A DNA stretch of 64,000 nt from NCBI GenBank assembly GCA_934330725.1, contig CAKRGM010000001.1, positions 119,398 to 183,397 of the forward strand. The letters are read 5' to 3'. The position numbers and the translations under genes were made by a program. The notes beneath the pieces are model-generated. The model was not told where the DNA came from and made no database searches. It was given only the letters and a program-made list of their open reading frames with translations. Shown here piece by piece: positions 19,259-28,863 of this stretch. Source of the DNA: an uncultured Lachnospiraceae bacterium (lineage in GTDB: Bacteria; Bacillota; Clostridia; Lachnospirales; Lachnospiraceae). How positions within the stretch are numbered: position 1 is the stretch's first letter; each line of letters begins with the position of its first letter.

Positions 19259-20971
19259 ATGGAGGAAATTGTGGCAACAATTAAAATTGATGCGGCACTT
19301 ATTCAGAAAATGTTTATAGCAGGTGCCAATAATCTGGAATCAAAAAAGGAATGGATAAATGATTTAAATGTATTTCCTGTTCCCGATGGTGATACAGGTA
19401 CTAATATGACACTTACAATTATGTCAGCAGCTAACGAAGTAAGCAAAATTGCTGAGCCTACAATGGAGAATCTTTCAAAGGCAATCGCAACAGGTTCACT
19501 TCGAGGCGCAAGAGGTAATTCAGGTGTTATTCTTTCACAGTTGTTTAGAGGATTTACAAAAGAAATGTCAGGTGTAGAAGAACTCACCGTTGAGAATCTT
19601 GCAATAGCAACTAAAAAGGCTACAGAAACAGCTTATAAAGCAGTTATAAAGCCAAAAGAAGGAACGATTCTTACAGTTGCAAAGGGCATTTCTGATAAAG
19701 CGGCTGAGATAGCACTTGACAGTGATGACGTTGTAGAAGCAGTTCATGATATTATTGAATATGGAAAGGATGTACTTGCAAAGACTCCTGAAATGCTTCC
19801 GGTGCTTAAAGAAGCTGGTGTTGTTGATTCGGGCGGACAGGGCCTGATTGTTGTACTTGAAGGCATGTATGATGCATTGACCGGCAGGGTTACTGATTTT
19901 ACAGTAAAAACCGGCTCATCAAAGGAGACTGTTTCATCATCTGCTAAAGAAAGTGCTGTTCCGGCAGGAAAAGGTGCATCAATTGAAAATGTCGATATAA
20001 AATATGGATACTGTACAGAATTCATTATCATGCTTGATAAGGAATTTAACGAAGAAACAGAGAAAAAGTTTAAAGAATTTCTATCATCAATAGGTGATTC
20101 AATTGTATGTGTAGTATTAGATGATATTGTAAAGGTACATGTTCATACTAATCATCCGGGTCAGGCATTTGAGAAAGCTCTGACATATGGTCAGCTTACA
20201 AGAATGAAGATTGATAATATGAGAGAAGAACATAATCAGAAGGTTATAGAACAGTCTGAAATGCAGGCCGCCGCAGAAGCAGAAGCAGCAAAGAAAAAGG
20301 CAGAACCGGCAAAGGACTTCGGATTTATTACAATTTCAGCGGGCTCAGGATTAAGTGAAATATTCAAAGGACTTGGAGTTGATGAGGTTATAGAAGGCGG
20401 ACAGACAATGAACCCAAGTACAGAGGATATTCTTAATGCAGTTGATAATATTAATGCAAAGACAGTATTTGTATTGCCTAATAATAAAAATATAATACTT
20501 GCAGCACAGCAGGCAGCTTCACTTTCAGAGGATAAAAAGGTAATAGTTATACCTTCAAAGACAATTCCGCAGGGAATTACTGCAATGATTAATTTTGAGG
20601 CAATAAGAACAGCGGAAGAGAATACGGATGTAATGACAGAGGCAATGAGTACTGTTGCTACCGGACAGCTTACATATGCTGTCAGAGATACAAGTATAGA
20701 TGGTAAATCCATAAGTAAGAATGATATAATAGGACTTGGTGATAATGGGCTTTCAGCAGTTGGAAAGAGTATTAATGATACGCTTGTTTCATTAGTAGAT
20801 GACCTTATGACAGATGAAGGTGAACTTATAAGCCTTTATTATGGCGAAGGAATATCAGAAGATGATGCACAGGCAGCTGCAAAACTGATTGAAGATAAAT
20901 ATCCGGATCTTGATGTTGAGCTTCAGTATGGCGGACAGCCGGTTTACTATTATATTGTATCGGTTGAATAA
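19259..20971 (+). CDS. yloV: DAK2 domain fusion protein YloV
   Basis: DAK2 phosphate-binding motif PDGDTGTNM plus a C-terminal DegV-like half. The asp23-yloV-recG synteny is classic. GTG 19271 is an alternative start. Confidence 0.88.
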   Translation: MEEIVATIKIDAALIQKMFIAGANNLESKKEWINDLNVFPVPDGDTGTNMTLTIMSAANEVSKIAEPTMENLSKAIATGSLRGARGNSGVILSQLFRGFTKEMSGVEELTVENLAIATKKATETAYKAVIKPKEGTILTVAKGISDKAAEIALDSDDVVEAVHDIIEYGKDVLAKTPEMLPVLKEAGVVDSGGQGLIVVLEGMYDALTGRVTDFTVKTGSSKETVSSSAKESAVPAGKGASIENVDIKYGYCTEFIIMLDKEFNEETEKKFKEFLSSIGDSIVCVVLDDIVKVHVHTNHPGQAFEKALTYGQLTRMKIDNMREEHNQKVIEQSEMQAAAEAEAAKKKAEPAKDFGFITISAGSGLSEIFKGLGVDEVIEGGQTMNPSTEDILNAVDNINAKTVFVLPNNKNIILAAQQAASLSEDKKVIVIPSKTIPQGITAMINFEAIRTAEENTDVMTEAMSTVATGQLTYAVRDTSIDGKSISKNDIIGLGDNGLSAVGKSINDTLVSLVDDLMTDEGELISLYYGEGISEDDAQAAAKLIEDKYPDLDVELQYGGQPVYYYIVSVE

Positions 20972-21049
20972 TGTAAATTACAGTGTAAACCCAGAATGGA
21001 AAATATAAATCAGGGTGCACCATGAATGGTGCAGGAATGGAGATTAAAA

Positions 21050-21496
21050 ATGAGTATGATAGATCAGATAAGATCAGAAATGGTAAAGGCTATGAAAGCA
21101 AAGGATAAGGAAAGAAAGGAAGTTCTTTCAATGCTTCTTGCTGAATTAAAGAATGTAGAAATTAATAACAGAACACCATTGACTGATGATGAAGGCAATC
21201 AGGTTATCTTAAAGCAGATAAAGCAGTTAAGAGAGACACTTTCTTTAACACCTGCAGACAGAACTGATATTATCGATGAATGTAACTACTCTATAGGTGT
21301 TCTTGAAGAATATGCACCAAAGATGCTTAATGAAGATGAAATAAAATCAGTGATTAATGAAACACTTGCCGAACTTTCAATTGAAGCTCCAACACCTGCA
21401 GATAAAGGTAAAATTATGAAGGTACTTATGCCGAAGGTAAAGGGTAAGGCAGATGGCAAGCTTGTTAATCAGGTGTTGGCATCAATGATGAAATAA
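21050..21496 (+). CDS. GatB/YqeY domain protein
   Basis: The ATG at 21050 follows GGAG. IRSEMVKAMKAKDKERKEVLSMLLAELKN is the YqeY N-terminal signature. Confidence 0.8.
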   Translation: MSMIDQIRSEMVKAMKAKDKERKEVLSMLLAELKNVEINNRTPLTDDEGNQVILKQIKQLRETLSLTPADRTDIIDECNYSIGVLEEYAPKMLNEDEIKSVINETLAELSIEAPTPADKGKIMKVLMPKVKGKADGKLVNQVLASMMK

Positions 21497-21501
21497 TAGC
21501 C

Positions 21502-23565
21502 ATGAATATAAAAGAATTAAAAGGCATTGGCAAAAAGACAGAAGAACTATTTAACAGGTTTTGCGTATACACAGTCGAAGATCTCGTGGAATTTTATCCA
21601 CGGGATTATGACGTATATGAAGAACCTGTTTTTGTTAATACGCTTGCTGATGCAGAAGATAAGAAAATAGTGTCAATAGACGGTATGGTCGTAAAAAGAG
21701 CTGAAATGTACAGAACAGGAAAGCTGCAGATTGTTTCGGGAGTGATAAGCGATCCGAAAGGAGACAGAATAAAGTGTACATGGTTTAATATGCCATTTCT
21801 TGTAAGTACATTAAAACAGGGAATGCATTATGTATTCAGAGGCTATGTTACAAAAAAGAATGGACAGCTGGTAATGGAACAGCCTAAGATGTATACAATG
21901 GCGGAGTATCAGAAGCTGTGCATGAGCATGCAGCCAATTTATCCACTTACAAAAGGTCTTTCAAATAATGTTGTTATAAAAGCTGTAAAGCAGGCACTTG
22001 AAAAGTACAAAACAGGTCTTGATATGGAGTACATACCGGATGATGTAAGAAACAGATATACACTGGCAGAACATAATTTTGCAGTTGTTAATATACATTT
22101 CCCGGCATCAGTAAATGATTATCTTGCAGCAAGGAAAAGACTTGCATTTGAAGAATTTTTTCTTTTCATACTTGCAGTCAGAAATTTAAAAGAAAATAAT
22201 GTAAGGCGTCCTAATGGATATGTTATAGAAAATGATAAAAAGACGGATGAATTTATTGACAGACTGGAATTCAATCTTACCAATGCCCAGTCTGCTGCAT
22301 GGGATGAAATAAAAAAGAATATGTCGGGAACAGGTTTAATGAATAGACTGATACAGGGTGATGTTGGTTCAGGTAAGACAATAGTAGCAGTTCTTACACT
22401 GATGAATACGGCATTTGCAGGATTTCAGGGAGCAATAATGGTGCCTACAGAAGTGCTGGCAAGACAGCAGTATCAATCAATTATGTCATTGTTTGAAAAG
22501 CATGGAATAGATTTGAATGTAGAGCTGCTTACCGGTTCTATGACAGCTGCACAGAAACGCAATGCATACGAGAATATAAAAACAGGTAAGACAGATATAA
22601 TAGTTGGAACTCATGCACTTATTCAGGAGAAAGTTGAGTATAAGAATCTGGCTCTTGTAATAACAGATGAGCAGCACCGTTTTGGTGTTAATCAGCGAAA
22701 AGACTTTTCTTTAAAGGGAAGCGATCCACACGTTCTTGTAATGAGTGCTACGCCGATACCAAGAACGTTAGCTATAATAATATACGGTGATATGGATATA
22801 TCCGTTATTGATGAGCTTCCATCGAACAGGGTTCCCATCAAAAACTGTGTTGTTGATACAGGATACAGACCCAATGCATATCATTTTATAGAAAAACAAG
22901 TATCGCAGGGCAGACAGGCATATGTGATATGTCCGATGGTTGAAGAAAATGAAAATGTTGAAGCTGAAAATGTTATAGATTATACAGAAAGACTGCGACA
23001 TGAATTTAAAAATGCAGTCAGAGTAGAGTATCTGCATGGAAAAATGAAACCGGGCGAAAAAAACAGAATTATGGAGCAGTTTTCTTCAGGAGAAATAGAC
23101 GTTCTTGTTTCAACAACAGTTGTAGAAGTTGGCGTAAATGTACCTAATGCAACTGTAATGATGGTTGAGAATGCTAACCGTTTTGGGCTTGCACAGCTGC
23201 ATCAGCTAAGAGGACGTGTAGGACGTGGAAGTTTCCAGTCATACTGCATATTTGTGTCTGACTCCAAAAGCAAAGAAACAAAAAAACGTCTTGAAATATT
23301 AAACTCAAGCAATGATGGATTTAAGATTGCCGAAGAGGATTTAAAATTAAGAGGACCGGGAGACTTTCTCGGTGTAAGACAGAGCGGTGACTTTGAGTTT
23401 AAAGTTGGAAATGTGTTTTCTGATGCAAAAGTATTAAAACAGGCATCTGAAGCTGCAGATGTGATACTTGCAGAAGATCCGCTTTTAGAAAAAAAGGAAA
23501 ATGTAAAGCTTAGAAAGAAAGTGTCAGAATACACACAGATGTGTCTGAATCAGCTTAATATTTAG
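21502..23565 (+). CDS. recG: ATP-dependent DNA helicase RecG
   Basis: 687 aa. Wedge domain, LIQGDVGSGKT (motif I), ITDEQHRFGV (DEQH), SATPIPRTL, QLHQLRGRVGRG. Confidence 0.97.
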   Translation: MNIKELKGIGKKTEELFNRFCVYTVEDLVEFYPRDYDVYEEPVFVNTLADAEDKKIVSIDGMVVKRAEMYRTGKLQIVSGVISDPKGDRIKCTWFNMPFLVSTLKQGMHYVFRGYVTKKNGQLVMEQPKMYTMAEYQKLCMSMQPIYPLTKGLSNNVVIKAVKQALEKYKTGLDMEYIPDDVRNRYTLAEHNFAVVNIHFPASVNDYLAARKRLAFEEFFLFILAVRNLKENNVRRPNGYVIENDKKTDEFIDRLEFNLTNAQSAAWDEIKKNMSGTGLMNRLIQGDVGSGKTIVAVLTLMNTAFAGFQGAIMVPTEVLARQQYQSIMSLFEKHGIDLNVELLTGSMTAAQKRNAYENIKTGKTDIIVGTHALIQEKVEYKNLALVITDEQHRFGVNQRKDFSLKGSDPHVLVMSATPIPRTLAIIIYGDMDISVIDELPSNRVPIKNCVVDTGYRPNAYHFIEKQVSQGRQAYVICPMVEENENVEAENVIDYTERLRHEFKNAVRVEYLHGKMKPGEKNRIMEQFSSGEIDVLVSTTVVEVGVNVPNATVMMVENANRFGLAQLHQLRGRVGRGSFQSYCIFVSDSKSKETKKRLEILNSSNDGFKIAEEDLKLRGPGDFLGVRQSGDFEFKVGNVFSDAKVLKQASEAADVILAEDPLLEKKENVKLRKKVSEYTQMCLNQLNI

Positions 23566-23612
23566 TGCGGTTATTTGATAAACAGCTATAATTGGAAAGA
23601 AGGCGGAAAAAG

Positions 23613-23843
23613 ATGAGACAGATGGAATTTACAATGAGCAGACCCGGACTTGTCAAGGTCGGTCAGGAAGTTGAGATAACAGAAGGAAAGCTTCCAAGCA
23701 GCTACTATTATACAATAGAGCCGGCTGTTGCAATGTCCGGTAACTATACAACACCTGAAAGATTAAAGTCAAGAAAAGGCATTGTTAAAGACGTTGGAGA
23801 AACAAGCAGAGGTTATTATGTAGTTGCTGAATTTGATGAATAA
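23613..23843 (+). CDS. Small hypothetical protein (76 aa)
   Basis: The ATG at 23613 follows AAGAAGGCGG. No motif recognised. Confidence 0.5.
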   Translation: MRQMEFTMSRPGLVKVGQEVEITEGKLPSSYYYTIEPAVAMSGNYTTPERLKSRKGIVKDVGETSRGYYVVAEFDE

Positions 23844-23915
23844 ATGTAACTTGTTCATAAGCCGGGAAACAGTGTGTTTTGCGTAAATATAAAAATAATC
23901 TTTTAAGTTTAATTT

Positions 23916-23944
23916 TCATATTTAAGAATACTCCTGCATATACA
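23916..23944 (+). promoter_or_regulatory. Sigma-E-type sporulation promoter candidate for spoIVA
   Basis: TCATATT (23916-23922), a 14-nt spacer, then CATATACA (23937-23944). Compare the B. subtilis sigma-E consensus kmATATT-N14-CATACAnT. spoIVA is a sigma-E regulon gene in model sporeformers. Confidence 0.5.
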
Positions 23945-23971
23945 TTTAGCAGTATATGCAGGAGGTTTTTT
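23931..23971 (+). terminator. Rho-independent terminator abutting the spoIVA start
   Basis: Perfect 13-bp stem CTCCTGCATATAC (23931-23943) / GTATATGCAGGAG (23952-23964), 8-nt loop, G then T6 (23966-23971). Confidence 0.75.
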
Positions 23972-23973
23972 GT

Positions 23974-25515
23974 ATGGAAAGCGGTAATAATATGCAACAG
24001 ATTGCTGATGCGATGCCAAAAGAGCAGGCGGCAATGGTAAGTGACGGCAGTTATAACATTTACAAGGACATAAATAAAAGAACCGGAGGGGAAATTTATC
24101 TTGGTGTTGTTGGACCTGTAAGAACTGGTAAATCGACATTTATTAAAAGATTTATGGACATAATGGTAATACCGGGGATGAGCAACGAACATGTAAAGCA
24201 GCGTGCAAAGGATGAACTGCCACAAAGTGCTGCAGGAACAACAATAATGACAACAGAGCCTAAATTTGTACCAAGTGAGGCGGCACTTATCTGTCCTATG
24301 GAAGGCATAAATGTGAAAGTAAGGCTGATAGACTGTGTTGGTTTTATGGTAGATGGCGCTTCGGGACATACGGAAAATAATAAAGAACGCATGGTAAAAA
24401 CACCATGGTCTGCTGCTGAAATACCATTTACAAAGGCAGCAGAGATAGGTACAAAAAAGGTAATTGAAGAACATTCCACGATTGGTATAGTTGTATCGAC
24501 GGACGGTTCATTCTCAGACATTCCGAGGGAAAGCTATGTTGCAGCAGAGGAACGAACGATAAAAGAATTAAGTCAGCTGAAGAAACCGTACATAGTGCTG
24601 CTTAACAGCTCACACCCATTTTCACCGGAAACACAGAAACTTGCACAGGAACTTACGGATAAATACAGTGTTACAGTTATGCCGGTAAACTGTGACCAGT
24701 TAAAGAAAGAAGACATAAGCAATATTCTGGCAAATGTGTTAAAAGAATTTCCCGTAACTGAAATAGATTTTTTTGCTCCACAGTGGATGGAGATGCTGCC
24801 GCAGGAACACTGGCTGAAAAAAGAACTGGTAAATGCAGCTTCTGATATAATCAGCCAGCTTACTTATATTAAAGATATAAGGAATAATTATAACGATATC
24901 TCAAATGATTATATTGATAAAATTAATGTGGCAGATATCGGTATGTCAAATGGCTGTGTAAAGCTGGATGTTTTGATGAAGCCTGATATTTACTATCAGG
25001 TGCTTAGTGAGCTTACCAGGACGACAATCAGTAATGAATATGAATTAATAAGCATAATACGTGAGCTGTCAGAAAAGAAAGATGAGTTTGATAAGGTAAA
25101 GGATGCATTTGCTGAGGTAAAGTTAAACGGCTTTGGCGTTGTGACGCCATCCAGGGATGAAATAAAGCTCGATCAGCCTGAGGTTATAAAAAATGGTAAT
25201 AAATATGGTGTTAAAATAAAAGCGCAGGTTCCATCGATAAATCTCTTAAAAACTAATATAAGTGTAGAAATTGCACCAATAGTAGGAATGCAGAATCAGG
25301 CGGAAGATCTGATGGAATATATAAATGAAAACACAAAAGAAAATCCTGACGGAATATGGGCTGCCAATATATTTGGAAAGACAGTAGAGCAGATAGTAAA
25401 TGATGGGATATATGAAAAGACGCATAATATGACTCCCGAAAGCATGGAGAAAATAAGTGGAACACTTGAGAAAGTCATGAATGAAAATACAGGCCTTGTG
25501 TGTCTTATTGTATAA
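23974..25515 (+). CDS. spoIVA: Stage IV sporulation protein A (spore coat morphogenetic ATPase)
   Basis: YNIYKDINKRTGGEIYLGVVGPVRTGKSTFIKRFMD is the SpoIVA Walker A region, and similarity runs the full length. The ATG at 23974 follows GGAGG. ATG 24034 is an alternative giving a B. subtilis-like N-terminus. Confidence 0.95.
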   Translation: MESGNNMQQIADAMPKEQAAMVSDGSYNIYKDINKRTGGEIYLGVVGPVRTGKSTFIKRFMDIMVIPGMSNEHVKQRAKDELPQSAAGTTIMTTEPKFVPSEAALICPMEGINVKVRLIDCVGFMVDGASGHTENNKERMVKTPWSAAEIPFTKAAEIGTKKVIEEHSTIGIVVSTDGSFSDIPRESYVAAEERTIKELSQLKKPYIVLLNSSHPFSPETQKLAQELTDKYSVTVMPVNCDQLKKEDISNILANVLKEFPVTEIDFFAPQWMEMLPQEHWLKKELVNAASDIISQLTYIKDIRNNYNDISNDYIDKINVADIGMSNGCVKLDVLMKPDIYYQVLSELTRTTISNEYELISIIRELSEKKDEFDKVKDAFAEVKLNGFGVVTPSRDEIKLDQPEVIKNGNKYGVKIKAQVPSINLLKTNISVEIAPIVGMQNQAEDLMEYINENTKENPDGIWAANIFGKTVEQIVNDGIYEKTHNMTPESMEKISGTLEKVMNENTGLVCLIV

Positions 25516-25719
25516 GCGGTTACAGCACTGGAAGTGTGTATTACCAATGGTGTATGTGAACAGCAGTTAAGCCTGGTAAGGGCAGATTTAATTACTTTTT
25601 ATGCTTTATTTAAGATGAAATGTATGATAAAATGGCTATGTTTATTAATATATCAACTTATGAATGCGTGTATCGCAGTCTATGGTTTCCTATAAGATAA
25701 GAAAGGACGAATAATTAAA

Positions 25720-26244
25720 ATGAAAAAAGTTGAAGATTATATTAGAAGCATACCAGATTTTCCGGAAGAGGGAATAATATTCAGAGATATCACAAGCGTA
25801 TTGCAGCATCCGGATGGATTAAAGCTTGCAATCGATGAAATGGATGAATGTTTAAAGGACGTTGATTTTGATGTTGTCGTTGGACCTGAATCAAGAGGAT
25901 TTATATTCGGGGTGCCGGTTGCATATAACAATAATAAGGGATTTGTTCCGATAAGAAAAAAAGGAAAGCTTCCTTGTGAAACTATTTCAGAGGAATATGC
26001 TCTGGAATATGGCACAGCAACATTAGAAGTCCATAAGGATGCAATTAAACCGGGACAAAAGGTTGTGATAATTGATGACCTTATTGCAACAGGAGGAACT
26101 ACAGAAGCAATAATAAAGCTTGTTGAAAGACTTGGTGGGAAAGTTGCAAAAATAGTATTTCTTATTGAGCTTGAGGGCTTAAAAGGAAGAGATAAATTAA
26201 AAGGTTATAATGTTGCTTCAGTTGTTAAATATCCTGGTAAATAA
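25720..26244 (+). CDS. apt: Adenine phosphoribosyltransferase
   Basis: 174 aa. IPDFPEEGIIFRDIT and the PRPP loop VVIIDDLIATGGT. Confidence 0.95.
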   Translation: MKKVEDYIRSIPDFPEEGIIFRDITSVLQHPDGLKLAIDEMDECLKDVDFDVVVGPESRGFIFGVPVAYNNNKGFVPIRKKGKLPCETISEEYALEYGTATLEVHKDAIKPGQKVVIIDDLIATGGTTEAIIKLVERLGGKVAKIVFLIELEGLKGRDKLKGYNVASVVKYPGK

Positions 26245-26325
26245 ATTAAATGCGGATGATGCGAAACTCACAGCTGTATGGCTGTGAGTTTGTGGCATAA
26301 ATATATAAATGAAAGGTGGGAGATT

Positions 26326-27027
26326 ATGTTAACACCACATAATAAAGCGCAAAAAGGCGAAATATGCAAAACTGTTCTTATGCCGGGAGATCCGTTAAGA
26401 GCAAAATATATTGCGGAGAAATACCTTGATAATTCAAAATGTTTTAATACAGTACGTAATATGTATGGTTACACAGGAACATATAATGGAAAAGAGATTT
26501 CTGTAATGGGAAGCGGTATGGGAATGCCATCAATAGGTATATACAGTTATGAATTATATAACATATATGACGTAGATAATATAATAAGAATTGGTTCTGC
26601 AGGCGCACTTGCAGATGATGTCAGGGTAAGGGATATAGTTATAGCAATGGGAGCATGTACAGACTCTAATTATGCGGCACAGTATAATATTCCGGGAACA
26701 TTTGCACCAATAGCTGATTATGGGCTTTTGAAAAAATGTACAGATAATGCAGAAAAAAACAACATGAGTGTTCATGTGGGAAATGTATTGTCGTCAGATA
26801 TTTTTTACAATGATGATCCGACAGTTAATGACAGGTGGAAAAGGATGGGCGTTTTAGCTGTTGATATGGAAGCAGCTGCCCTGTATATGAATGCAGCACG
26901 GGCGGGGAAAAATGCACTCTGTATTCTCACGGTAAGCGATCATCTTTATACAGGTGAAAAACTCACATCAGGTGAACGTGAAAAAACATTTGATGATATG
27001 ATAGAACTTTCACTTGGATTGATATAA
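26326..27027 (+). CDS. deoD: Purine nucleoside phosphorylase DeoD-type
   Basis: The ATG at 26326 follows GGTGGGAG. TPHNKAQKGEICKTVLMPGDPLRAKYIAE, GSGMGMPSIGIYSYEL, AVDMEAAALY. Confidence 0.93.
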   Translation: MLTPHNKAQKGEICKTVLMPGDPLRAKYIAEKYLDNSKCFNTVRNMYGYTGTYNGKEISVMGSGMGMPSIGIYSYELYNIYDVDNIIRIGSAGALADDVRVRDIVIAMGACTDSNYAAQYNIPGTFAPIADYGLLKKCTDNAEKNNMSVHVGNVLSSDIFYNDDPTVNDRWKRMGVLAVDMEAAALYMNAARAGKNALCILTVSDHLYTGEKLTSGEREKTFDDMIELSLGLI

Positions 27028-27067
27028 AGCCATACAGTATAAAAACACGGGGAAGGAAATATAATAT

Positions 27068-28753
27068 ATGACAGATATGGACTTAAAGGTTATTGCCCTT
27101 ATAGCCGGCTTTTTTATAATTGTAATTTACGTTGCAATAGATAATAAAAGAAAATATAATGCAAAACTTATAAACAGACTTAAAAATGAATGGGGAAAGC
27201 CGGGAAAAAGGGAACATTCAAGAGAAGAGTATGATAACATTTCGCATTATTTCCGGGATACATTTGAAGAAAAAAATGACATTGATGATATAACATGGAA
27301 TGATCTTAACATGGATGCCGTGTTTAATACAATAAATACAACAAATTCGTCAATCGGGCAGGAATACCTGTATAAGACGTTAAGAACTCCTGTACAGGAT
27401 GAAGAAAAATTAAAGAAAATGGACAGGCTTGCAGACTATTTTACATCTCATGAAAAGGAGCGGATACAGGTTCAGAAAAGATTTGCATCGTTTGGTTTTG
27501 TAAAGAAAATTTCCCTGAGTGATTATATTGGACTTGTGACAGATCTTAAAAGTGGAAATAATACCATTCATTATATACTGCTTTTGGCAGAAATACTTTC
27601 ATTTGTTATTTGTTTTACAGTAAATCCGGTTGTGGGCGTAGCAATGATAGTTATCTGTGTGGCAGTTATGATTGGAACCTATTACAAAATGAAGGCACAG
27701 GTGGAACGTTATTTTGTATGTGTTACGCAGTTTATTAATCTGGTCGGTGTATCTGAAAAAATATCTTCAGATGGAATTGGCGGACTTAAGGAATATGACG
27801 AACAGCTAAAGACGATAGCAGGCAGATTTTCTAAAGTTACAGGTAAAAGCTGGATACTTGAAAAGGGTAATGTAACAGGTTCACTTGCAGAGATGATAAT
27901 GATATATGTAAGAATGCTTACTCATATTGATCTGATTCATTTCAACAGTATGATAAGAGTACTTAATAAAAAAGAAGAGGATGCAAGGCAGCTTATGGAT
28001 ATACTTGGATTTATTGAAACTTCAATAGCTGTCGGTTCGTTCAGACAGATGCTTGCATATTATTCAGTTCCTGAATTTAGTGATGATGGCAGTATGAGGC
28101 TTGATGTTCAGGAAGTGTTTCATCCACTGATAAAAGATCCTGTAGCCAATTCGCTTGATACAGACAGAAACATATTGCTTACAGGTTCAAATGCATCAGG
28201 AAAATCAACATTTTTAAGAACTATTGCAATAAATGCACTGCTTTCACAGACAATTTACACCAGTGTATCTAAAAAGTATACTGCACCGAGATTTAGAATT
28301 TTTTCTTCAATGTCATTAAAGGATGATCTTAGCAGTAGCAGTAGTTATTATATCGTTGAGATTAGGTCATTAAAGAGAATTCTTGATATAATTGAGCCCG
28401 GGGGCTGTCCGGTTTTATGCTTTGTTGATGAGGTGCTGCGGGGTACAAATACGGTAGAAAGAATTGCAGCATCGTCAGAAATATTAAAATATATTTATGG
28501 TAAAAATGCATTGTGTTTTGCTGCAACCCATGATATTGAGCTTACATCTATACTTGAAAAATACTATACAAATTATCATTTTCAGGAAGAGGTCACTGAT
28601 GATGATGTTAAGTTTAATTTCACATTATTTAAGGGACCGGCAACTACAAGAAATGCAATAAAATTATTAAAGATAATGGGGTATGATAAGAGTATTGTAG
28701 AGCGTGCAGAAACTAATGCGGCGCATTTTATTGATACAGGCTTATGGAAATGA
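27068..28753 (+). CDS. Membrane-anchored MutS-related ATPase (MutS domain V only)
   Basis: N-terminal and central TM helices, then LLTGSNASGKSTFLRTI (Walker A), FVDEVLRGTN (Walker B) and AATHDIELT. I see no mismatch-binding or Smr domain. Confidence 0.8.
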   Translation: MTDMDLKVIALIAGFFIIVIYVAIDNKRKYNAKLINRLKNEWGKPGKREHSREEYDNISHYFRDTFEEKNDIDDITWNDLNMDAVFNTINTTNSSIGQEYLYKTLRTPVQDEEKLKKMDRLADYFTSHEKERIQVQKRFASFGFVKKISLSDYIGLVTDLKSGNNTIHYILLLAEILSFVICFTVNPVVGVAMIVICVAVMIGTYYKMKAQVERYFVCVTQFINLVGVSEKISSDGIGGLKEYDEQLKTIAGRFSKVTGKSWILEKGNVTGSLAEMIMIYVRMLTHIDLIHFNSMIRVLNKKEEDARQLMDILGFIETSIAVGSFRQMLAYYSVPEFSDDGSMRLDVQEVFHPLIKDPVANSLDTDRNILLTGSNASGKSTFLRTIAINALLSQTIYTSVSKKYTAPRFRIFSSMSLKDDLSSSSSYYIVEIRSLKRILDIIEPGGCPVLCFVDEVLRGTNTVERIAASSEILKYIYGKNALCFAATHDIELTSILEKYYTNYHFQEEVTDDDVKFNFTLFKGPATTRNAIKLLKIMGYDKSIVERAETNAAHFIDTGLWK

Positions 28754-28863
28754 AAATAAAGAGTAATAACGATGTTGCAGAAAGGTTAAATTAAGTTGCG
28801 ATATAATGACAATTGTGTTAGAATAATTTGATGTCAATTATTGACTTATAGGAGGATAAGAAA

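Noticed and set aside
28754-28863. T-box leader upstream of alaS, and likewise an L-box upstream of the lysA-like gene (13387-13589) or a T-box upstream of proB (60100-60212)
   Set aside because: The leaders are only about 110-200 nt and AT-rich. They lack the specifier-loop and T-box (AANNNGGUGGUACCGCG-like) or L-box conserved cores.
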